Origin: Bispira polyomma
Lineage: Eukaryota
Direction of reading: 5' to 3'
Length of the DNA stretch: 64,000 nt
NCBI GenBank assembly: GCA_965649765.1
Contig: OZ287751.1
Location: 31,868,001-31,932,000 of the forward strand
The position numbers were made by a program, and so were the translations under genes. The notes below the pieces were generated by a model. That model was not told where the DNA came from. It made no database searches and saw nothing but the letters and a program-made list of their open reading frames with translations. Below are positions 24,310-37,489 of this stretch, piece after piece. Position 1 is the first letter of the stretch; each line of letters begins with the position of its first letter.

Positions 24310-25432
24310 ACAAAACATTACATTATACGATTTATATAGCGCTTTATTAGGAGGTCTATTCAAAGCGCTCACTGTAGCTCTGATTGAATAAGAACGTTTT
24401 TAGGTTCTTTTTGAAGTCATCGATTTTTCTGAGCTCAGAAGATAAGGAGTTCCAGAATTTGGGTGCAAGCACACTGAATGCTCTTTCATCGTAAAATTTT
24501 GTGTTGTATCTTTTCCCTTTTAAGGTGAACTGTTTTTCAGATTTTAATGATCGATTTGGTGTATACCGCTTCAATAAGGCAGAGAGATAGTCTTGACCGA
24601 GTCCATTTAGCACTTTGAAAACAAGTACAAACAAGCTGTACTCAATTCTCTGTTTCATTTTGAGTCAGTGAAGTTGTTTTAATATTGGAGTGATGTGGTT
24701 GTATCTACTTGCCCGTGTTATGAGGCGGGCACACATATTCTGAAGTTTCTGTAGTCTATCATTTTGGTCAGCAGGTAAACCGACAAGCAGGGGATTACTG
24801 TAATCCATTCTGGAAACTACTAGTGCATAAACTAAGGTTTGGGTTGCCTCTGTGGTTAGATATGGGCGTAAAGCGTGGATGTTCTTGATCTGAAGGAACT
24901 TTTTATTGCAAACTGCGGATATTTGTTTATTGAGTATAAGGTGTTCTTCAGTAATTACCCCCAGGTTTTTGGGTGATGTACTTAAGTGTATTTCATTATT
25001 GTCGATCTTGATTGTTGGCCTAGGTGGCAAATGTGGTTTATATTTCGATTTGATGATCATGAATTCTGTCTTATCACTGTTAAGCTTCAGTTAATTATTT
25101 GACAAGCAGGACACAATTTCTGACAGACAGTTTTCAAGTGCATCAAAGGTTTACTTTTCTCCCTCAGATGACCTTGGATTGTAGCCTTTATAGATGTGAC
25201 TGTCATCAGTGAACAAGTGGTATGATAAAGAGAAGGATCTTATGAGTTCACCAATACGACGTGTGTAATAGCTGTATGATAGAGTACCTAGACCTGAGCC
25301 TTGTGGTACACTCCAGCCAAGTTGTAATAGCTGTATGATAGAGTACCTAGACCTGAGCCTTGTGGTACACTCCAGCCAAATTTACATTCTCCTGAGAGAG
25401 CACCATTGATGAATACCCTTTTGCCATAGATA
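24310..25432 (-). mobile_element. 5'-truncated dead L2-clade LINE (RT and C-terminal part), unit 2
   Basis: Fragments SVPQGSGLG, SYHLFTDD (YADD-like), HITPILKQLH, ERAFSVLAPKFWNSL, FKKNLKTFLF. 3' hairpin agcgcttt..aaagcgct at 24338-24369. Private 59-bp duplication at 25264-25379. Confidence 0.9.
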
Positions 25433-25576
25433 ATACTTATTTTAAATAAAACATTGTTTTGATGTTTTGACAATAGCGGCATTTTGCCACCCACCCCAAG
25501 AATGGCTTGACATTTTGTCCACCTTTGCAAATTTGACCTGCATTTTGTCCACCTGTATTTTGTCTTCAATTCCCAT

Positions 25577-25826
25577 GATATAGCCTTCCTCAAAGGAGGT
25601 TGTTTTCCAAAAAGAATAGTTCTACAACATAGCCTGGGTAATCATAAGTAGGAAATGATGTATTCACAACTTGCCCAAGTTGTTATCGCACCAATGAAGC
25701 TGGCGGCATTAGCAAGAGTTGAACTGGAAACCTTCCGATCACCAGACCAAGTCGCCCAACCAGGAGTCGAACCAGGGACCTTGTGATCAACTGACCAACT
25801 CGCTAATCACTAGACCATGGGACACT
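25577..25826 (-). mobile_element. tRNA-derived CORE-like SINE with doubled tRNA-like head, unit 2
   Basis: Minus strand: tggtctagtgattag (A box), ggttcgactcc (B box), a second B-box-like agttcaactct, then ttgggcaagttg (CORE-like). Paralogs at ~30852-31102, 37634-37884, 43420-43670, 51794-52044 and 57419-57662. Confidence 0.7.
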
Positions 25827-25913
25827 ACAATATATTTTGTTTGTGTATATAGGCTACAGCAATTGAATATTACATGTGACATTTAGAGTTGGAAAAACAA
25901 GATGTTAATATCA

Positions 25914-26146
25914 AGGGCTATATTCACAAACAATCTCAGAATACAATTCTTGAAATTCTCTTAATCCCAATCAGTCAGATTAATTGAACAAATCTTTTGG
26001 GTCAATAAAATTACAAGCGATAGAAGTTTAAGAAAAAAAAACATTATGACTACAAATCCGGAACACAAGTTTGAGAGTAAAAGGTTTGACAGCGTCTTGA
26101 AAACAATGGGTATAAATCTTAAAGCAGAACTTATCAACAGAAGCCT
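25914..26146. mobile_element. MITE-like remnant co-amplified in spacers
   Basis: Begins gggctatattcacaaac, as at 6786. Repeated at ~31190, 37972, 43759 (truncated), 52132 and 57750. Confidence 0.45.
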
Positions 26147-26792
26147 ACGGTAAAGAAAACAAATGACCCCTATTGTGGCTTCTCTGTCAAATGAAATAAA
26201 ACTCTGAATGTATATTTGTTTGCCTTTCCTCAAAGAAATTCCTATTCTTAATTATCTGAGATGTGGTGTAAATATGATAAAAATATGAAACAAGAAAAGC
26301 CACTACTTCTTTAACCCCATCAGAATTGGGGTGCCATTCTAGTTATAGGGGAAAATTGGGGAAAATAATTAAATAAAAAGTCCACCACTGCTCTCAATTT
26401 GAACTTTATTTATAAGATCATTTCAATGATAAACACTTTCTCCATGATTGCCCATTTCACGATAATTCATGTTTGTCTCAGTTAACCAGAGTCAACAAAC
26501 CCTTCTGAACATCATCATCGACCTACGCCATATTGGTTATCGGGGGTTGAGTGACAGGGGGAGCTACGGTTTCGCAAATCAAGGTTTCCCACAGACAATC
26601 AGGATGTCACATAATCGTTATAAAGGAAGACAAATGTAAAACAGTGACAGTAGAAATGCTACTACCAACCAGGGTGAATGAGGGTTATGACAACAGTGAG
26701 GAAGACCCTCCCTCAGCATGCACAAAATCTCTCACACAGAAGCTGGCTGGGCATGGATCTTCGGGGAGCTCCAGGGTTTCACCAGAAATTTT

Positions 26793-26962
26793 TCACTGCC
26801 CACCTCAAAAAGATCTATGTTTACACTCCTGTCTGTCAATTTGTTTGTGTGTTGGTTAGTTTGTTTGCAAGATTATGCAAAGATTACCAAAACCCTTTAG
26901 ACCAATCTTTGTACTATGGTATGGGCCAAATGAGAAACCATAAAACTTTGGTGCAGATGCTG
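26793..26962. mobile_element. Degenerate HINE/DINE-1-like non-autonomous element in spacer
   Basis: ctgtctgtc..tttgtttgtgtgttggttagtttgtttgcaagattatgc...gggccaaatgagaaaccataaaactttggtgcagat resembles the reverse of 62760-62900. Present in each long spacer and inverted at ~17560-17650. Confidence 0.5.
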
Positions 26963-28127
26963 TAAAACTTAAATGGGTACTGAGTATTTGTTGTATAATA
27001 AATATTTATCTTGTACACTCAAGAATGGGTGTTTTGGTAAGATAAGTCATTTACCTACTGTTGATACATCTAACATTTATCCCTTATATGTTAACACTTA
27101 GACTACAGTTGTTATGGTTTATTTGTTGAGTGTGTACTTGCTCATTAGGGCCTTTATGTGTGAATTAATAGTTCTAGTCGGATTGGTGGTTACATTTATG
27201 TGGTTCAACTATTTCTAGTATATGACTTTAGTGATTGTGATTTACTGCTTCATACACTGTATAATATTGTGAATTATGGTTATTTCTTGGTTAGGCGGTT
27301 ATTATAATTAATAAAGATAATGTTTGCTGGCTAGATGGCTAGAAAACTAGCTGGATCCACTTGTGTGGTTTACTGACCATGTTACTCAGCTTGACTTTGT
27401 GTGTAATATTTTATTTTATATATGTAATGGGGTATTTTAATTTACAAATCCAGCAACTTTTAGGCTTTTGACCTGTATACAAACTGCTAACATGTGAAAA
27501 ATAAAATCCTCAAACTATAGTTATACATTTAAAAGATACTGATCTCAATTCGAGACTCTGTTTACAATTAGTATTTGACCATAAAATTGCAATGTCTACA
27601 GTTATGGTATTTATTGTCCTTTTTTCCATCTATATTGTATATATATGTCACCTTGTCCTATTATTGTCACCTGTGTGTGTCTTTTATGTCATTTAATCAT
27701 TGTAAGTATTTGAAAAAAAAATTTAAAAAGGTAAAAACCAAAGAAAAATCTATTATCTCTTAATTGCTCATACAGTATTGTTATTAAGTGGCATTTACAT
27801 TTGCCTGGACGTATTTCTCTTGAGTACAGATTAGCCCAATACTAAATATAAGCAGTAATTACATTCTTTCAGAATGTTGTAATAATCCATATAATCAGAT
27901 TGTGGATTATGTACCGTTTCTAAATAGACCACACAGTGATCATTTTTTGTTGTATGGATTGTTTACATCATAACTATGTCACATGCTTGGACATATGCTT
28001 AGCATTATAAACCTAACTGGTATAAAAAGAGTTTTTTTAGCAGGGCAACTCATTGGCTAATTCGTCAGCTAGAAGAACCAACATCAACTGACATATATTT
28101 TTATTCAAAGGCCTTGTTTCCATCAAC

Positions 28128-28484
28128 ATGTCTCTTCTTCAGATCTTGGTCATTGTAGCCGTGGCAAGCTTCACAATCAGTGACGTTGATGCCATTACCT
28201 GCTATGTGTGCGTCGCCTGCAGTGACCCTTTTGATCCCACTGCATACACATCCATTGAGTGCGATTCTGGTGTTACTACATGCGTCAAATCTGAGGTAGA
28301 AAATATTGCCAGCAGGTCCTGTGGAGAAGCTGATGCCACCAACACTGGCTGTACCGAGTTCAGCTTCCTTGGTATAGATACAGAGACCTGCTCTTGTGAC
28401 ACTGATGACTGCAATGGTTCTAGTATGACCACCGCCTCACTCTGTATGGTCTTGGTTCTGGCTCTGATGAAGTTCATGTGGTAA
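28128..28484 (+). CDS. Three-finger GPI-anchored protein, copy 3 (D21/T24/I43/A68 type)
   Basis: Intact 118-aa ORF, single tail with C106. Confidence 0.92.
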   Translation: MSLLQILVIVAVASFTISDVDAITCYVCVACSDPFDPTAYTSIECDSGVTTCVKSEVENIASRSCGEADATNTGCTEFSFLGIDTETCSCDTDDCNGSSMTTASLCMVLVLALMKFMW

Positions 28485-30019
28485 ATCAGACAAGCACAAG
28501 CTGGCACTGACAATAAATTGGATAAATGAAGGACATATGCAAAAAAAAAACATTTTCATATTGAAACAAAATAAACAAGTTAACTACAGAGAATGTTTTA
28601 CGTACATCAGTAAATATATACAGTAGAAAACTTCTATTATCCAACCTTCTATTATCCCACCTTTTATTAAAATTAATTATTAAAATTGTTCCTATTGTTT
28701 TGGAGCTTTATCTTTAATTGCCTCTTCTATTAATGAATTTTCTATTATCCTAACACAATCTTGCTCTTTCTAACATGTTTGGATAGACAAGGTTTTTTCT
28801 GTATTTGTATCCATGGTTTTTTTGTCGTTAATACAAGCAATCTGATCCAATACATTGGCTATTTATTTAATAAAAATAATTTGTATCTGTATATTATATA
28901 TATATAAATCATGTAATCATAATAAAGTTTTGTAATTGTATAAATAAATATTGTTTTACGGTAAAAATAAATACAAAAAGACTAACCATAGTTTTATTCC
29001 CTCTTCTTTTGAACTTCATATCTCTCGCCTCATATTTTGACCTTTAGGCATCTCTCACTTTTCTAACTAGAGAACTGCTTTGATTAATGCTTTAAAATTT
29101 ATATGGAAATCTGTGTTCACACTTTTCAATCAAGCTGTTTACCTTTAAAATGCATTGAATGTTTTGTTTTAATTTTGTCTTTATATATTACCATGTACTT
29201 TGTTGTAAATAAATAAAACAAGTGTTGTCTTTTAAAAAAAGACTGGCGCACAATGTGACTGACACCCCTCTGTTTTACTAGGTTGATTGTTTTCTATCAA
29301 TCCGTGAATGTCAATTGTTTCCAACCAGTCCACTAGGGCGTTAAATATTTCCAACATGGCCGGACCATTTTCAGAATAAAATCAACGTCAGACTGTGCCT
29401 GATAAAAAGAAGATGTCACCACAGTTTTCTGCAATTGTCACCACATTTAGACAAACTAGTTTATCACAGAGATTTTTAGTAGTACATTTTTAGTTCCAAA
29501 TTGTTACCATTTGTATATTGCAAAAAGGGTGTTATTATTTTTAAGTGGATGTTTTAGTTTGTTGTTACATATAAATAATCGTACATTTCAGCTTTCGTTT
29601 TACCAGAATGGTGATGATTTAATCAGATTCATGGTATCGGTTGATTTATGGAGCCCCTATGAAGACATCTATATTTTTTCCCTTTTCTTATTTATTCATG
29701 ATTACGAAATCAATTAAATCATTTCGTGATCACAAGATGCTTAACAATTGTAATTATTTTGACTGTGTGACAATCTTTAATTGCTGTTTAGTTGTTAGGG
29801 TGTAGCTCTAAAAGATTCACATTTTGGTCAGACAATCATATATCAATTACAGTTAGAATAGATAGTGATGAATTAATATATATATATCAGAATAATCAGA
29901 TGGAGTTCTCGCAAGGCAATAAGGGGGAATATAATTGTGAAGGACACATGTGTAGTAAAAAATTAAAGACTAAGAATTAACTTGATCATGATTAGGTGAT
30001 CAAGTCATGAAAAAAAGTT

Positions 30020-30707
30020 ACAAAACATTACATTATACGATTTATATAGCGCTTTATTAGGAGGTCTATTCAAAGCGCTCACTGTAGCTCTGATTGAATA
30101 AGAACGTTTTTAGGTTCTTTTTGAAGTCATCGATTTTTCTGAGCTTGGAAGATAAGGAGTTCCAGAATTTGGGTGCAAGCACACTGAATGCTCTTTTACC
30201 GTAAAATTTTGTGTTGTATCTTTTCCCTTTTAGGGTGAACTGTCTTTCTGGAAATTACTAGTGAGTAAACTAAGGTTTGAGTTGCTTCTGTGGTTAGATA
30301 TGGGCATAAAGCGTGGATGTTCTTGATCTGAAGGAACGTTTTATTGCAAACTGCAGATATATGTTTGTTAGGATAAGGTGTTCATCAGTAATTACCCCCA
30401 GGTTTTTGGGTGATGTACTTAGTTGTATTTCATTTGACATGCAGGACACAAATTCTGAGACAGTTTTCAACTGCATCAAAGGTTTACTTTTCTCCCTCAG
30501 ATGACCTTGGATTATAGCCTTTATAGATCTGACTGTCATCAGTGAACAAGTGGTATGATAAAGAGAAGGGTCTTATGAGTTCACCAATAGGACGTGTGTA
30601 ATAGCTGCATGATGGAGTACCTAGACCTGAGCCTTGTGGTACACTCCAGCCAAGTTTACATTCTCCTGAGAGAGCACCATTGATGAATACCCTTTTGCCA
30701 TAGATAA
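30020..30707 (-). mobile_element. Dead L2-clade LINE fragment, unit 3 (two internal deletions)
   Basis: Same element as 24310, with junctions ggtgaactgt|ctttctggaa and gtatttcatt|tgacatgc. Confidence 0.88.
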
Positions 30708-31747
30708 CACTTATTTTAAATAAAAAATTGTTTTGATGTTTTGACAATAGCGACGTTTTGTACACCCACTCCAAGATTGGCTTGACATTTTGTCCACCTT
30801 TGCAAATTTAACCTGCATTTTGTCCACCTGCATTTTGTCTTGAATTCCCATGATATAGCCATCCTCAAAGGAGGTTGTTCTCCAAAAAGGATAGTTCTAC
30901 AACATAGTTTGGGTCATCATAATTAGGAAATGACGTATTCACAACTTGCCCAAGGTTGTTACCGCACCAATGAAGCTGGCGGCATTAGCAAGAGTTGAAC
31001 TGGAAACCTTCCGATCACCAGACAAAGTCGCCCAACCAGGACTCGAACCAGGGACCTTGTGATCAACTGACCAACTCGCTAATCACTAGACCATGGGACA
31101 CTACAATATATTTTGTTTGTGTATATAGGCTACAGCAATTGAATATTACATGTGACATTTAGAGTTGGAAAAACAAGATGTTAATATCAAGGGCTATATT
31201 CACAAACAATCTCAGAATACAATTCTTGAAATTCTCTTAATCCCAATCAGTCAGATTAATTGAACAAATCTTTTGGGTCAATAAAATTACAAGAGATAGA
31301 AGTTTAAGAACTAACATTATGATTGCAAATCCGGAACACAAGTTTGAGAGTAAAAGGTTTGACAGCGTCTTAAAAACAATGACTATAATTCTTAAAGCAG
31401 AACTTTTCAACAGAAGCCTAGGGTAAAGAGAACAAATTACCCCCATTGTGGCTTCTCTGTCAGATGGAATAAAACTTTGAATGTATATTTGTTTGCCTTT
31501 CCTCAAGGACTTTCCTATTCCTAATTATCTGAGATGTGGCGTAAATATGATAGAAATATGAAACAAGAAAAGCCACTACTTCTTTAACCCCATCAGAATT
31601 GGGGTGCCATTCTATTTATAGGGGAAAATTAGAGAAAATAATGAAAGTGTAATACCAACATGTTGTGTTTCAAACAAACATTATTATTAAATAAAATGTC
31701 CACCACTGCTCTCAATTTGAATTTAATTTATAAGATCATTTCAATGA

Positions 31748-34513
31748 TAAACACTCTCTCTATGATGGCCCATTTCACGATAATTCATGTTTGTCCCAGT
31801 TAACCAGGGTAAACAAACCAGGGCACAAACCCTTCTGAACATCATGATGGACCTTCGCCATATTGGTTATCGGGGGTTGAGTGACAGGGTGGAGCTACGG
31901 TTTCGCAAATCAAGATTTACCACAGACAATCAGGTTGTCACATGATCGTTATAAAAGAAGACAGATGTAAAACAGTGACAGCAGAAATGCCACTACCAAC
32001 CAGGATGAATGAGGGTTATGACAACAGTGAGGGAGAGTTTCTCTCAGCATACACAAAATCTCTCACGCAGTAGCTGGCTGGGCATGGATCTTCGGGGAGC
32101 TCCAGGGTTTCGCCAGGGATTTTTCCACAGTCTTCATGGGCCAGTCAAGGCTATTTACAGTTGTACAAGGTTGAAAAACTGTGAACATCTATCACTGCCC
32201 ACCTCAAAAAGATCTATTTTTACACTCCTGTCTGTCAATTTGTTTGTGTGTTGGTTAGTTTCTTTGCAAGATTATGCAAAGATTACCAAAACCCTTTAGA
32301 CCAAACTTTGTACTATGGTATGGGCCAAATGAGAAACCATAAAACTTTGGTGCAGATGCTGTAAAACTTAAATGGGTACTGAGTATTTGTTGTATAATAA
32401 ATATTTATCTTGTACACTCAAGAATGGGTGTTTTGGTAAGATAAGTCATTTACCTACTGTTGATACATCTAACATTTATCCCTTATATGTTAACACTTAG
32501 ACTACAGTTGTTATGGTTTATTTGTTGAGTGTGTACTTGCTCATTAGGGCCTTTATGTGTGAATTAATAGTTCTAGTCGGATTGGTGGTTACATTTATGT
32601 GGTTCAACTATTTCTAGTATATGACTTTAGTGATTGTGATTTACTGCTTCATACACTGTATAATATTGTGAATTATGGTTATTTCTTGGTTAGGCGGTTA
32701 TTATAATTAATAAAGATAATGTTTGCTGGCTAGATGGCTAGAAAACTAGCTGGATCCACTTGTGTGGTTTACTGACCATGTTACTCAGCTTGACTTTGTG
32801 TGTAATATTTTATTTTATATATGTAATGGGGTATTTTAATTTACAAATCCAGCAACTTTTAGGCTTTTGACCTGTATACAAACTGCTAACATGTGAAAAA
32901 TAAAATCCTCAAACTATAGTTATACATTTAAAAGATACTGATCTCAATTCGAGACTCTGTTTACAATTAGTATTTGACCATAAAATTGCAATGTCTACAG
33001 TTATGGTATTTATTGTCCTTTTTTCCATCTATATTGTATATATATGTCACCTTGTCCTATTATTGTCACCTGTGTGTGTCTTTTATGTCATTTAATCATT
33101 GTAAGTATTTGAAAAAAAAATTTAAAAAGGTAAACACTCTCTCTATGATGGCCCATTTCACGATAATTCATGTTTGTCCCAGTTAACCAGGGTAAACAAA
33201 CCAGGGCACAAACCCTTCTGAACATCATGATGGACCTTCGCCATATTGGTTATCGGGGGTTGAGTGACAGGGTGGAGCTACGGTTTCGCAAATCAAGATT
33301 TACCACAGACAATCAGGTTGTCACATGATCGTTATAAAAGAAGACAGATGTAAAACAGTGACAGCAGAAATGCCACTACCAACCAGGATGAATGAGGGTT
33401 ATGACAACAGTGAGGGAGAGTTTCTCTCAGCATACACAAAATCTCTCACGCAGTAGCTGCCTGGGCATGGATCTTCGGGGAGCTCCAGGGTTTCGCCAGG
33501 GATTTTTCCACAGTCTTCATGGGCCAGTCAAGGCTATTTACAGTTGTACAAGGTTGAAAAACTGTGAACATCTATCACTGCCCACCTCAAAAAGATCTAT
33601 TTTTACACTCCTGTCTGTCAATTTGTTTGTGTGTTGGTTAGTTTCTTTGCAAGATTATGCAAAGATTACCAAAACCCTTTAGACCAAACTTTGTACTATG
33701 GTATGGGCCAAATGAGAAACCATAAAACTTTGGTGCAGATGCTGTAAAACTTAAATGGGTACTGAGTATTTGTTGTATAATAAATATTTATCTTGTACAC
33801 TCAAGAATGGGTGTTTTGGTAAGATAAGTCATTTACCTACTGTTGATACATCTAACATTTATCCCTTATATGTTAACACTTAGACTACAGTTGTTATGGT
33901 TTATTTGTTGAGTGTGTACTTGCTCATTAGGGCCTTTATGTGTGAATTAATAGTTCTAGTCGGATTGGTGGTTACATTTATGTGGTTCAACTATTTCTAG
34001 TATATGACTTTAGTGATTGTGATTTACTGCTTCATACACTGTATAATATTGTGAATTATGGTTATTTCTTGGTTAGGCGGTTATTATAATTAATAAAGAT
34101 AATGTTTGCTGGCTAGATGGCTAGAAAACTAGCTGGATCCACTTGTGTGGTTTACTGACCATGTTACTCAGCTTGACTTTGTGTGTAATATTTTATTTTA
34201 TATATGTAATGGGGTATTTTAATTTACAAATCCAGCAACTTTTAGGCTTTTGACCTGTATACAAACTGCTAACATGTGAAAAATAAAATCCTCAAACTAT
34301 AGTTATACATTTAAAAGATACTGATCTCAATTCGAGACTCTGTTTACAATTAGTATTTGACCATAAAATTGCAATGTCTACAGTTATGGTATTTATTGTC
34401 CTTTTTTCCATCTATATTGTATATATATGTCACCTTGTCCTATTATTGTCACCTGTGTGTGTCTTTTATGTCATTTAATCATTGTAAGTATTTGAAAAAA
34501 AAATTTAAAAAGG
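31748..34513. repeat. 1383-bp near-perfect tandem duplication within the spacer between copies 3 and 4
   Basis: 31748-33130 repeated at 33131-34513. The junction aaaaagg-TAAA-cactctc has 4-bp microhomology. Confidence 0.95.
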
Positions 34514-34909
34514 TAAAAACCAAAGAAAAATCTATTATCTCTTAATTGCTCATACAGTATTGTTATTAAGTGGCATTTACATTTGCCTGGACGTATTTCT
34601 CTTGAGTACAGATTAGCCCAATACTAAATATAAGCAGTAATTACATTCTTTCAGAATGTTGTAATAATCCATATAATCAGATTGTGGATTATGTACCGTT
34701 TCTAAATAGACCACACAGTGATCATTTTTTGTTGTATGGATTGTTTACATCATAACTATGTCACATGCTTGGACATATGCTTAGCATTATAAACCTAACT
34801 GGTATAAAAAGAGTTTTTTTAGCAGGGCAACTCATTGGCAAATTCGTCAGCTAGAAGAACCAACATCAACTGACATATATTTTTATTCAAAGGCCTTGTT
34901 TCCATCAAC

Positions 34910-35266
34910 ATGTCTCTTCTTCAGATCTTGGTCATTGTAGCCGTGGCAAGCTTCACAATCAGTGACGTTGATGCCATTACCTGCTATGTGTGCGTCGCCT
35001 GCAGTGACCCTTTTGATCCCACTGCATACACATCCATTGAGTGCGATTCTGGTGTTACTACATGCGTCAAATCTGAGGTAGAAAATATTGCCAGCAGGTC
35101 CTGTGGAGAAGCTGATGCCACCAACACTGGCTGTACCGAGTTCAGCTTCCTTGGTATAGATACAGAGACCTGCTCTTGTGACACTGATGACTGCAATGGT
35201 TCTAGTATGACCACCGCCTCACTCTGTATGGTCTTGGTTCTGGCTCTGATGAAGTTCATGTGGTAA
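34910..35266 (+). CDS. Three-finger GPI-anchored protein, copy 4 (protein identical to copy 3)
   Basis: Intact 118-aa ORF. Confidence 0.9.
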   Translation: MSLLQILVIVAVASFTISDVDAITCYVCVACSDPFDPTAYTSIECDSGVTTCVKSEVENIASRSCGEADATNTGCTEFSFLGIDTETCSCDTDDCNGSSMTTASLCMVLVLALMKFMW

Positions 35267-36801
35267 ATCAGACAAGCACAAGCTGGCACTGACAATAAAT
35301 TGGATAAATGAAGGACATATGCAAAAAAAAAACATTTTCATATTGAAACAAAATAAACAAGTTAACTACAGAGAATGTTTTACGTACATCAGTAAATATA
35401 TACAGTAGAAAACTTCTATTATCCAACCTTCTATTATCCCACCTTTTATTAAAATTAATTATTAAAATTGTTCCTATTGTTTTGGAGCTTTATCTTTAAT
35501 TGCCTCTTCTATTAATGAATTTTCTATTATCCTAACACAATCTTGCTCTTTCTAACATGTTTGGATAGACAAGGTTTTTTCTGTATTTGTATCCATGGTT
35601 TTTTTGTCGTTAATACAAGCAATCTGATCCAATACATTGGCTATTTATTTAATAAAAATAATTTGTATCTGTATATTATATATATATAAATCATGTAATC
35701 ATAATAAAGTTTTGTAATTGTATAAATAAATATTGTTTTACGGTAAAAATAAATACAAAAAGACTAACCATAGTTTTATTCCCTCTTCTTTTGAACTTCA
35801 TATCTCTCGCCTCATATTTTGACCTTTAGGCATCTCTCACTTTTCTAACTAGAGAACTGCTTTGATTAATGCTTTAAAATTTATATGGAAATCTGTGTTC
35901 ACACTTTTCAATCAAGCTGTTTACCTTTAAAATGCATTGAATGTTTTGTTTTAATTTTGTCTTTATATATTACCATGTACTTTGTTGTAAATAAATAAAA
36001 CAAGTGTTGTCTTTTAAAAAAAGACTGGCGCACAATGTGACTGACACCCCTCTGTTTTACTAGGTTGATTGTTTTCTATCAATCCGTGAATGTCAATTGT
36101 TTCCAACCAGTCCACTAGGGCGTTAAATATTTCCAACATGGCCGGACCATTTTCAGAATAAAATCAACGTCAGACTGTGCCTGATAAAAAGAAGATGTCA
36201 CCACAGTTTTCTGCAATTGTCACCACATTTAGACAAACTAGTTTATCACAGAGATTTTTAGTAGTACATTTTTAGTTCCAAATTGTTACCATTTGTATAT
36301 TGCAAAAAGGGTGTTATTATTTTTAAGTGGATGTTTTAGTTTGTTGTTACATATAAATAATCGTACATTTCAGCTTTCGTTTTACCAGAATGGTGATGAT
36401 TTAATCAGATTCATGGTATCGGTTGATTTATGGAGCCCCTATGAAGACATCTATATTTTTTCCCTTTTCTTATTTATTCATGATTACGAAATCAATTAAA
36501 TCATTTCGTGATCACAAGATGCTTAACAATTGTAATTATTTTGACTGTGTGACAATCTTTAATTGCTGTTTAGTTGTTAGGGTGTAGCTCTAAAAGATTC
36601 ACATTTTGGTCACACAATCATATATCAATTACAGTTAGAATAGATAGTGATGAATTAATATATATATATCAGAATAATCAGATGGAGTTCTCGCAAGGCA
36701 ATAAGGGGGAATATAATTGTGAAGGACACATGTGTAGTAAAAAATTAAAGACTAAGAATTAACTTGATCATGATTAGGTGATCAAGTCATGAAAAAAAGT
36801 T

Positions 36802-37489
36802 ACAAAACATTACATTATACGATTTATATAGCGCTTTATTAGGAGGTCTATTCAAAGCGCTCACTGTAGCTCTGATTGAATAAGAACGTTTTTAGGTTCT
36901 TTTTGAAGTCATCGATTTTTCTGAGCTTGGAAGATAAGGAGTTCCAGAATTTGGGTGCAAGCACACTGAATGCTCTTTTACCGTAAAATTTTGTGTTGTA
37001 TCTTTTCCCTTTTAGGGTGAACTGTCTTTCTGGAAATTACTAGTGAGTAAACTAAGGTTTGAGTTGCTTCTGTGGTTAGATATGGGCATAAAGCGTGGAT
37101 GTTCTTGATCTGAAGGAACGTTTTATTGCAAACTGCAGATATATGTTTGTTAGGATAAGGTGTTCATCAGTAATTACCCCCAGGTTTTTGGGTGATGTAC
37201 TTAGTTGTATTTCATTTGACATGCAGGACACAAATTCTGAGACAGTTTTCAACTGCATCAAAGGTTTACTTTTCTCCCTCAGATGACCTTGGATTATAGC
37301 CTTTATAGATCTGACTGTCATCAGTGAACAAGTGGTATGATAAAGAGAAGGGTCTTATGAGTTCACCAATAGGACGTGTGTAATAGCTGCATGATGGAGT
37401 ACCTAGACCTGAGCCTTGTGGTACACTCCAGCCAAGTTTACATTCTCCTGAGAGAGCACCATTGATGAATACCCTTTTGCCATAGATAA
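36802..37489 (-). mobile_element. Dead L2-clade LINE fragment, unit 4
   Basis: Essentially identical to the unit 3 copy (offset 6782). Confidence 0.88.

Noticed and set aside
26480-26640. Possible LINE endonuclease fragment on the minus strand in spacers
   Set aside because: Only a vague DILIV..ET-like resemblance that needs frameshifts; insufficient support.
32009-32299. Recurrent spacer ORFs (MRVMTTVR..., MTIKLQCLQ..., MLGCSSKRF..., MRKGKQIY..., MGVLVRQV...)
   Set aside because: Frameshifted or truncated between units, overlap TE remnants and show no recognisable domain.
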